Shown here in pieces: positions 36,628-42,782 of a DNA stretch of 64,000 nucleotides. The notes under the pieces are model-generated. The model was given only the letters and a program-made list of their open reading frames with translations. It was not told the origin of the DNA and did not search any database. Numbering within the stretch: the first letter of the stretch is position 1; the number at the start of each line of letters is the position of its first letter. Source of the DNA: an uncultured Acetobacteraceae bacterium (GTDB taxonomy: Bacteria; Pseudomonadota; Alphaproteobacteria; Acetobacterales; Acetobacteraceae); NCBI GenBank assembly GCA_964236585.1, contig CAXSFE010000002.1:8171-72170 (forward strand), written 5' to 3'. A program made the position numbers and the translations under genes.

Positions 36628-36656
36628 TTGGCTCATCCGGGCTGCGTGGCTATAAG
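36628..36656 (+). promoter_or_regulatory. candidate sigma-70 promoter of dksA
   Basis: TTGGCT (36628-36633), a 17-nt spacer, then TATAAG (36651-36656), about 45 nt upstream of the dksA ATG. Confidence 0.4.
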
Positions 36657-36701
36657 GCCGTCGTTTCGGCAAGACCACGCCAGTGAGGGACCCGTCCGCG
36701 C

Positions 36702-37118
36702 ATGATGATCACACTGCCGGCAGACTACCGACCCTCCGAAACCGAAGAGTTCATGAACCCGCTTCATGTGGAGTATTTCCGGCGCAAGCTGCTGCGCTGG
36801 CGCTCGGACCTGCTGCGCGAGGCCGATGGCACCCTGGCCAGCCTGTCCGAGGGCGGCATCCACGAGGCCGACATCACCGACCGCGCCAGCGTCGAGACGG
36901 ATCGCGCGCTCGAGCTGCGCACCCGCGATCGCGCCCGCAAGCTGATCTCCAAGATCGACCAGGCGCTGGTGCGGCTCGAGAGCGGGTCGTACGGCTACTG
37001 CGAGGAGACGGACGAGCCGATCGGGCTGAAGCGGCTGGAGGCGCGGCCGATCGCGACGCTGTCGATCGAGGCGCAGGAGCGGCACGAACGGATGGAGCGG
37101 GTGCACCGCGACGACTGA
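36702..37118 (+). CDS. dksA: RNA polymerase-binding transcription factor DksA (Cys-poor variant)
   Basis: A coiled-coil region containing DITDRASVETD, then YGYCEETDEPIGLKRLEARPIATLSIEAQERHE. Only one of the four canonical zinc-finger Cys is present. Confidence 0.9.
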   Translation: MMITLPADYRPSETEEFMNPLHVEYFRRKLLRWRSDLLREADGTLASLSEGGIHEADITDRASVETDRALELRTRDRARKLISKIDQALVRLESGSYGYCEETDEPIGLKRLEARPIATLSIEAQERHERMERVHRDD

Positions 37119-37128
37119 GCTGTCGGGG

Positions 37129-37249
37129 GCAAGGCCAGGGCTCTGCCCTGGACCCGCCAGGGGCGAGCCGCCCCTGGACCGGCTTTACTTAAGAATCGGA
37201 TTCCAAAGGCTTGCCTTTGGCGGGGTCCAGGGGCAGAGCCCCTGGCCTT
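37129..37249. repeat. mosaic palindromic element, canonical copy (R12)
   Basis: GCAAGGCCAGGGCTCTGCCCTGG + CCAGGGGCGAGCCGCCCCTGG, a CTTAAG centre, then CCAAAGGCTTGCCTTTGG + CCAGGGGCAGAGCCCCTGG-CCTTTC. It lies between the convergent dksA and flgH stops. Confidence 0.95.
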
Positions 37250-37255
37250 TCTTCC

Positions 37256-37996
37256 TCAGAACGGCAGGATCGCGTCGAACACCTGCTGCCCCCAGCGCGG
37301 AGTCTGCACGCTGGTGAGCTGCCCGCGTCCGCCGTAGGAGATGCGCGCCTCCGCCATGCGGTCGTGCAGCACCGTGTTGTCGCTGGCGATGTCCTGCGGG
37401 CGCACCACGCCGCTGACCGACAGGTCGCGCAGCTCGCTGTTCACCCGGACCTCCTGTCGCGCCTGCACCACGAGGTTGCCGTTCGGCATCACCTGGGTGA
37501 CCAGGCCGGCGAGACGCAGGGTCACCGTCTCGTTGCGCTTGATCTGGCCGGTGCCGGTGTTGGCGTTCGAGCTGCTGGTCGACAGGAGCGACGTTGCGGC
37601 CGTCTGCGCCAGCAGCTTGGGGATCGAGCCCTGCAGGCCGAACAGGTTCGGCACGCCCAGCGCCTCGCTGCCGTTGCGCGTGGTGGTGCTGCCGTTCTCC
37701 ACGTCGGCGGCGTCGGTGATGTTGACCACCACGGTGACGATGTCGCCGACCTGGGCCGCGCGCTGGTCCTTGAAGAAGGCGCGGCTGCCGGACCGCCACA
37801 GGCTGTTCGCCTCGGCGGGCGCGCCTTCGGACCGCGGCATGGGCAGCGTCATCGGACGGTAGTCGGCGCTCTGCGTGGGGTCGCCGGACGGGGTCATCGC
37901 GGGCGGGCGGCCCACCTCCGACAGGGTGGACAGGGTGCCGCAGGCCGGCAGCGCCAGGACCAGCAGCCAGGGCAGGAAATGCAGGGCTCGGGTCAT
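37256..37996 (-). CDS. flgH: flagellar L-ring lipoprotein
   Basis: Starts at ATG 37994-37996 with lipobox LALPACG. Carries SLWRSGSRAFFKDQRAAQVGDIVTV and RISYGGRG. The start overlaps the flgA stop as ATGA. Confidence 0.9.
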   Translation of the reverse strand: MTRALHFLPWLLVLALPACGTLSTLSEVGRPPAMTPSGDPTQSADYRPMTLPMPRSEGAPAEANSLWRSGSRAFFKDQRAAQVGDIVTVVVNITDAADVENGSTTTRNGSEALGVPNLFGLQGSIPKLLAQTAATSLLSTSSSNANTGTGQIKRNETVTLRLAGLVTQVMPNGNLVVQARQEVRVNSELRDLSVSGVVRPQDIASDNTVLHDRMAEARISYGGRGQLTSVQTPRWGQQVFDAILPF

Positions 37997-39027
37997 CGCG
38001 GCAGCGCCTCGGCGAAGGTGGCGGGGGGGCGCACGCCGGCGGCGGGGACCAGCGGCGCGCTGCCGGCCAGCACGTGCACGTGGCCCGGCGCGTCGATCAT
38101 CGCGGCGAGCACGGCGCGCGAGGTGGGGTTGAGCACGCGGATGCGCTCGCCGACCGCGCCGTCGTCCATGGCCTGCGCCTGGGCGGAGAGCGAGATGCCG
38201 CCGCCGTCGAGCTGCATCGTGACCAGAGCCCCGCGAGTGATCGCGGGCGGGCGGACCAGGTTGGCCAGCGGGATCGGCTGCCCCGGCACCACGGGCCGCC
38301 GCAGCGCCATGCCGCGCGCCTGCTCGGGCAGCTCGACGACGGGGACGTGGGTGGAGGCGAGTCGGACGTGGGCGGTGGCGAGGTCGGAGGGGTCCAGCAG
38401 CGTTCCCGGGGCCACGCGGCGCGCGAGGACGAGCATGTCGATCATGGCGATGGCCGTGCCGGCGACGCGGCTGTGCAGGGGCTCCGCGCCCTCGATCGCT
38501 GCGGAGAGCAGGGCGGTGAAACGGCCGGACGCGGCATCGTAGTCGAGCTGCGCGATCTCTGGCCGCACGGTGCCGTCGGCGGGCAGCATGGGCGCCACGA
38601 AGCCCGGCAGGTCGAGCTCGATGCTCTGCGGCGCGCCGGCGGCGAGGAGGGCCGGGCGCAGCAGGGCGAGCACCGCCTCGCGCGCCATCGGGCGGCCCTC
38701 GCGGGTGACGACGGCCTGGTCGGAGGCGGAGGCGGGGTGCCAGTCGATGCCGAACTGGCGGGCGATGGCGGTGAGCTGCGCCGCCTCCACGGTGAAGCGC
38801 GCGCCCGGGAGCGGCGCCGGGCCGAGGGCGCGGTCGGTGGCCTCGTCCAGGCCGTCCCACAGGTCGGACAGGCGCACCACGCTGGCCTTGACCGCGGCGA
38901 ACGGGCGCAGCGTGGCCGCGGGGGTGGCGACGACGCCCGCGCGGGCGGGCGTGGCCGCACCCGGGATCGCGGGGGAAGCCGCGAGCAGCCCGGCCAGCAG
39001 GAGGAGGCGCGCCCGCACCGTGCTCAC
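37993..39027 (-). CDS. flgA: flagellar basal-body P-ring formation chaperone
   Basis: Has a signal peptide, and a C-terminal SAF/FlgA-like region (RRPVVPGQPIPLANLVRPPAITRGALVTM...AMDDGAVGERIRVLN). It overlaps the flgG stop. Confidence 0.8.
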   Translation of the reverse strand: MSTVRARLLLLAGLLAASPAIPGAATPARAGVVATPAATLRPFAAVKASVVRLSDLWDGLDEATDRALGPAPLPGARFTVEAAQLTAIARQFGIDWHPASASDQAVVTREGRPMAREAVLALLRPALLAAGAPQSIELDLPGFVAPMLPADGTVRPEIAQLDYDAASGRFTALLSAAIEGAEPLHSRVAGTAIAMIDMLVLARRVAPGTLLDPSDLATAHVRLASTHVPVVELPEQARGMALRRPVVPGQPIPLANLVRPPAITRGALVTMQLDGGGISLSAQAQAMDDGAVGERIRVLNPTSRAVLAAMIDAPGHVHVLAGSAPLVPAAGVRPPATFAEALPR

Positions 39028-39809
39028 CGCAGCTGCGTCAGGGTCTGCAGCATGTCGTTGGACGCGGTGATGACCTTGCTGTTCATCTCGTAGGCGCGCT
39101 GGGCGGTGATCAGGCTGCTGATCTCGGTGACGACGTTGACGTTGGAGGTCTCGACGAAGCCCTGCATCGTGGTGCCGAAGCCGGGGGCGCCGGGCACGCC
39201 GGTCACCGCGTTGCCGGACGCGCCGCTCTGCAGGAACAGGTTGTCGCCCTGCGCGTCGAGGCCGGCCTCGTTGGGGAAGGTCGCGAGCTGGATCTGGCCG
39301 AGCGTGGTGGGCGTGGTGGAGCCGGCGATCGTGGCCTGCACCTGGCCGGCGCCGTTCACGGTGACCGCGGTCGCGTTGTTGGGCACGGTGATGCCGGGGG
39401 CGACGGGGTAGCCGTCGGCGGTGACGATGGTGCCGTCCGGCGCCATGCCGAGGGTTCCGTCGCGGGTGTAGGCGGTGTCGCCGGAGGGCAGCGTGATCTG
39501 GAAGTAGCCGTGGCCCTGGATCGCGAGGTCGAGGCTGTTGCCGGTCTGCTGGATGTTGCCCTGCTCGGTGATGCGGTAGATCGCGGCCGTCTTGACGCCG
39601 AGGCCGACCTGCGCGCCCGAGGGGACGACGGTGCCGTTGTCCGAGCTGTTGGAGCCGACGCGGCGCAGGTTCTGGTACATCAGGTCCTGGAACTCGGCGC
39701 GCCTGCGCTTGAAGCCGGTCGTGCTCATGTTGGCGATGTTGTTGGAGATGACCTCCACGTTGGTCTGCTGCGCCTGCATTCCGGTGGAAGCGATGTCGAG
39801 TGCACGCAT
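39024..39809 (-). CDS. flgG: flagellar basal-body distal rod protein
   Basis: MRALDIASTGMQAQQTNVEVISNNIANMSTTGFKR at the N-terminus, and C-terminal SNVNVVTEISSLITAQRAYEMNSKVI. Confidence 0.95.
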   Translation of the reverse strand: MRALDIASTGMQAQQTNVEVISNNIANMSTTGFKRRRAEFQDLMYQNLRRVGSNSSDNGTVVPSGAQVGLGVKTAAIYRITEQGNIQQTGNSLDLAIQGHGYFQITLPSGDTAYTRDGTLGMAPDGTIVTADGYPVAPGITVPNNATAVTVNGAGQVQATIAGSTTPTTLGQIQLATFPNEAGLDAQGDNLFLQSGASGNAVTGVPGAPGFGTTMQGFVETSNVNVVTEISSLITAQRAYEMNSKVITASNDMLQTLTQLR

Positions 39810-39888
39810 GTCGGTCTCTCCTCGGTCGGGCGGTCGGCCAGGGCGGCGGCCGGGGGCTCAGGCGCTGGGTCGCGGGCCGGACGGCGGG

Positions 39889-40632
39889 TCAGCTCGTGCC
39901 GCTGCGGACGATCTTGTCGATCGCACTCTGCTGGCGCTGTCCTTCAGATTCGATGAACTGCGTGGCGAACTGGAACTCGCGCTGGATGGCCATCATGCGG
40001 GTCAGCTCGCTGGTTGCGGACACGTTGCTGTCCTCGACCGCGCCCTGGACGACGCGCGGCTGGGTCACCGGGGCCGTGTCGCCGCGCGGGTCGAACAGGC
40101 GCGCCCCCTCGGCCTGCAGCCGGGCGGGATCGCCGGGTGCCACGATGGCCACCGTGCCGATCTGGCCGTTCTCGCTGCTGATCGTGCCGTCGGCGGCGAC
40201 GCGGATCTGCGTGTCGGTCGGCGAGGCCTGCAGCGGCTGGCCGGAGCTGTCGAGCAGGGCGTTGCCCTCCGAGTCGGCGATCGTGCCGTCGGACTGCATC
40301 TCGAAGTGTCCCGCCCGGGTGAGGCGGGTACCGCGGGGCGTGGCCACGGTGAAGTAGCCGTCGCCGCCGATCGCGAGGTCGAGCGGGTTGCCGGTGTGGG
40401 TGAGCGGGCCCTGGCTCTGGTCGCGGTAGGTCGCGCGGTCCTGCACGTAGGCCAGCTTGCGGTCGCCGGCCGGGATGTCGGTGTTGGTCTGCCGGCTGAG
40501 CCAGTCGGCGAACACCACGCGCTCGGCCTTGTAGCCGGGCGTGTTGACGTTCGCGAGGTTGTTCGCGGTCACGTCCAGCGCGTTCTGCTGCACCACGAGT
40601 CGGGACAGGGCGATGTTGGTCGTGTTGTTCAT
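39889..40632 (-). CDS. flgF: flagellar basal-body proximal rod protein
   Basis: ALSRLVVQQNALDVTANNLANVNTPGYK at the N-terminus, and C-terminal EDSNVSATSELTRMMAIQREFQ. Confidence 0.9.
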   Translation of the reverse strand: MNNTTNIALSRLVVQQNALDVTANNLANVNTPGYKAERVVFADWLSRQTNTDIPAGDRKLAYVQDRATYRDQSQGPLTHTGNPLDLAIGGDGYFTVATPRGTRLTRAGHFEMQSDGTIADSEGNALLDSSGQPLQASPTDTQIRVAADGTISSENGQIGTVAIVAPGDPARLQAEGARLFDPRGDTAPVTQPRVVQGAVEDSNVSATSELTRMMAIQREFQFATQFIESEGQRQQSAIDKIVRSGTS

Positions 40633-40663
40633 GGCGTCCGCCGTTGTCGGTGACGGGGCCAGC

Positions 40664-40678
40664 GCAACCGGCGTGCCA
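40664..40678 (-). promoter_or_regulatory. sigma-54 promoter of flgFGAH operon
   Basis: The minus strand reads TGGCAC-GCCGG-TTGC, an exact match to TGGCAC-N5-TTGC. The -12 GC lies about 32 nt upstream of the flgF ATG. Confidence 0.7.
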
Positions 40679-40731
40679 GTCGCGAAAGCGCCGGATTCCG
40701 GGCAATCCGTGCCGGCGATGCGAGGCTGGCG

Positions 40732-40750
40732 CCCGGCATTTGCTGCCGGG
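40732..40750. promoter_or_regulatory. inverted repeat CCCGGCA-N5-TGCCGGG (candidate enhancer-binding-protein site)
   Basis: CCCGGCATTTGCTGCCGGG, centred about 64 bp upstream of the flgF -24 GG. A weaker copy, CCGGGCAATCCGTGCCGG, lies at 40698-40715. Confidence 0.45.
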
Positions 40751-40851
40751 GGGCGGGTCGTGCCGGGTTCGCCTCGTTCTTCAACCGTTCGTTAATCATT
40801 TCCGGCAAGGATCACGGCGAGCCGCCAGGACGGTGGCGGCGGGGCAGTCCG

Positions 40852-41346
40852 ATGAGCGCAGCGAGCACGACCGACGTCACGGCCGAGAAGCCCGCCAAGG
40901 GTGGCAAGAAGAAGCTGATGCTGATGGTGCTGGCGCCGCTGCTGCTCGGCGGGATCGGCGCCGGCGTGTGGTTCAGCGGCCTGCTCGGCGGCCACAGGGC
41001 GGAGCCGAAGGTCGAGCATGCGGAGGCTGCCAAGCCCATGGCGCCGGTGTTCGTCGAGCTGCCGGAGATCGTGGCCAACCTCAACGCCGGCCCGAAGCGC
41101 AACAGCTTCATCAAGCTCAAGGTGAAGCTGGAGGCGCACCGGGCGGAGGACGTGGCCGCGATCAACGCGGCGATGCCGCGCCTGCTCGACCTGTTCCAGA
41201 CCTACCTGCGCGAGACCAGGCCCGAGGAGCTGCGCGGCTCGGCCAGCACCTACCGCCTGCGCGAGGAGCTGCTCAACCGCGCGGAGGATGCGGTGGCGCC
41301 GGGCCACGTCTCCGACGTGCTGTTCACGGACCTGCTGATCCAGTGA
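40852..41346 (+). CDS. fliL: flagellar basal body-associated protein FliL
   Basis: A Lys-rich N-terminus, one TM helix (LMLMVLAPLLLGGIGAGVWF), then FVELPEIVANLNAG...FIKLKVKLEA. Confidence 0.85.
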   Translation: MSAASTTDVTAEKPAKGGKKKLMLMVLAPLLLGGIGAGVWFSGLLGGHRAEPKVEHAEAAKPMAPVFVELPEIVANLNAGPKRNSFIKLKVKLEAHRAEDVAAINAAMPRLLDLFQTYLRETRPEELRGSASTYRLREELLNRAEDAVAPGHVSDVLFTDLLIQ

Positions 41347-41403
41347 CGCAGCCTCGCACCGCCTCGTCCGCATCAACGTCGCAGCGAAGCTAGGAGGCCC
41401 AGA

Positions 41404-41880
41404 ATGGGTGGCATGCAGCTGGTACTCGAGGTCGTGCTGCTCGGCCTGCTCGCGGCGACGCTGTTCCATGCCATGCGGCTGGAACGGGCGCTGGGCGTGC
41501 TCAAGCGGGACCGCGCGACGCTGGAGGCCCTGGTCAACGGCTTCAACGAAAGCACGCGTCAGGCAGAGGGCGGCGTCGCCCGGCTGCGCGAGACGGCGGA
41601 CGGGGCGGGCCGGCAGATCGCGCGCCAGATCGAGGCCGCCGGGGCGCTGAAGGGCGACCTCGCGTTCCTCACCGAGCGTGGCGAGAAGCTTGCCGACCGG
41701 ATGGACGCCCTGGTCCGTCACGGCAAGGTCATCACGGAGTCCGCGCGCGGGCGGGCGGCAATCGCCGGGATGGTCGGCGAGGAGAAGGTGATGACCCTGG
41801 CCGCCGGGTCCGAGCCCGACACACGCACGCGCTCCGAGGCCGAGCGGGACCTGATGCGTGCCCTCAAGCTGGCAAGGTGA
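41404..41880 (+). CDS. single-pass coiled-coil membrane protein of the flagellar cluster (DUF6468-like)
   Basis: An N-terminal TM helix (LVLEVVLLGLLAATLFHAM), followed by a helical, charged region. The family name is recalled from memory and was not searched. Confidence 0.5.
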   Translation: MGGMQLVLEVVLLGLLAATLFHAMRLERALGVLKRDRATLEALVNGFNESTRQAEGGVARLRETADGAGRQIARQIEAAGALKGDLAFLTERGEKLADRMDALVRHGKVITESARGRAAIAGMVGEEKVMTLAAGSEPDTRTRSEAERDLMRALKLAR

Positions 41881-41887
41881 GTGTGCC

Positions 41888-42673
41888 ATGAAGCTGCGTG
41901 TTCCCCATCCCAGGCTCCTTCCGGTGACCATCACCGCGCTGGGCGTGCTCATGGCCGCGAAGACGGTCGATCTGGTCCAGTTCGCGGTGGGATCGAGGGT
42001 CGTCGACACCTCCGTGGTGGTCGCGGCCCTGGCGGCCACCGCCGCCGCGGAGGCGTCCCTGGCGGCGCCGGCGAAGACCGAGGCGGTCCGCCCTGCCGCC
42101 GCTCCCGAGCCGCACGGCACGGCCACGGCCGAGGCGGTGGTCCCTGGGCACGGCCCGGGCGATGCGCCGGCCCAGGCCGGCGCGGAGCAGGGCCCGCCGG
42201 CGCTGATCGCGCACGTCACGCCGAGTCCCGATCCGGCGCCACCCCCGGTCGGGGACGCGGAACGCGCGCTGCTGCAGGACCTGCGCAGCCGCAAGCTCGA
42301 GATCGACGCCCGCGACCAGGCCACGTCGGAGCGCGAGGCCGTGCTGTCCGCTGCGGAGCACAAGCTGTCCGAGCGGGTCGACCAGCTCGCGGCCCTGCAG
42401 ACCCGGCTCGAGGCGCTCGACGCGGAGCGCAAGGCGCATGACGAGGCGAACTGGTCCGGGCTGGTGCGCACCTACGAGGCGATGAAGCCGCGCGACGCTG
42501 CGACGATCTTCAACGACCTCGACCTTGCGGTGCTGCTCCCGGTGCTCGACCGGATGAAGGAGGGCAAGGCTGCCCTGGTGCTGGCGGCGATGCAGCCGGA
42601 GCGCGCCAGGCTGGTCACCGCGAAGCTGGCGCAGCAGCGCAGCCAGCCCAGCCTGGTGGCCGCCGGTGGCTGA
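41888..42673 (+). CDS. motE: MotE-family flagellar protein
   Basis: An N-terminal TM helix, an Ala/Pro-rich linker and a coiled coil. The C-terminus is MKPRDAATIFNDLDLAVLLPVLDRMKEGKAALVLAAMQPERARLVTAKLA (MgtE-N/MotE-like). Confidence 0.65.
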   Translation: MKLRVPHPRLLPVTITALGVLMAAKTVDLVQFAVGSRVVDTSVVVAALAATAAAEASLAAPAKTEAVRPAAAPEPHGTATAEAVVPGHGPGDAPAQAGAEQGPPALIAHVTPSPDPAPPPVGDAERALLQDLRSRKLEIDARDQATSEREAVLSAAEHKLSERVDQLAALQTRLEALDAERKAHDEANWSGLVRTYEAMKPRDAATIFNDLDLAVLLPVLDRMKEGKAALVLAAMQPERARLVTAKLAQQRSQPSLVAAGG

Positions 42674-42782
42674 GGTCGCGACTTCCCGCTGGGCCCCTCA
42701 GCCGCGCGTGGAGCCGCGGCACCGGCGTCATGCCGACGATCCCGGCGTGCCGGGGATGGTCTCGCCGGCTCGCGGGCCGGAC

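Noticed and set aside
36702-37118. DksA lacking three of its four zinc-finger cysteines, as a novelty.
   Set aside because: Cys-poor, zinc-independent DksA variants are already known in proteobacteria, including alphaproteobacteria. It is noted in the feature but is not a new observation.
40727-40744. TGGCGC-CCGGCAT-TTGCT on the plus strand, as a sigma-54 promoter for fliL.
   Set aside because: The GG to GC spacing is two nt too long for a -24/-12 promoter. The sequence is better explained as part of the CCCGGCA-N5-TGCCGGG dyad.
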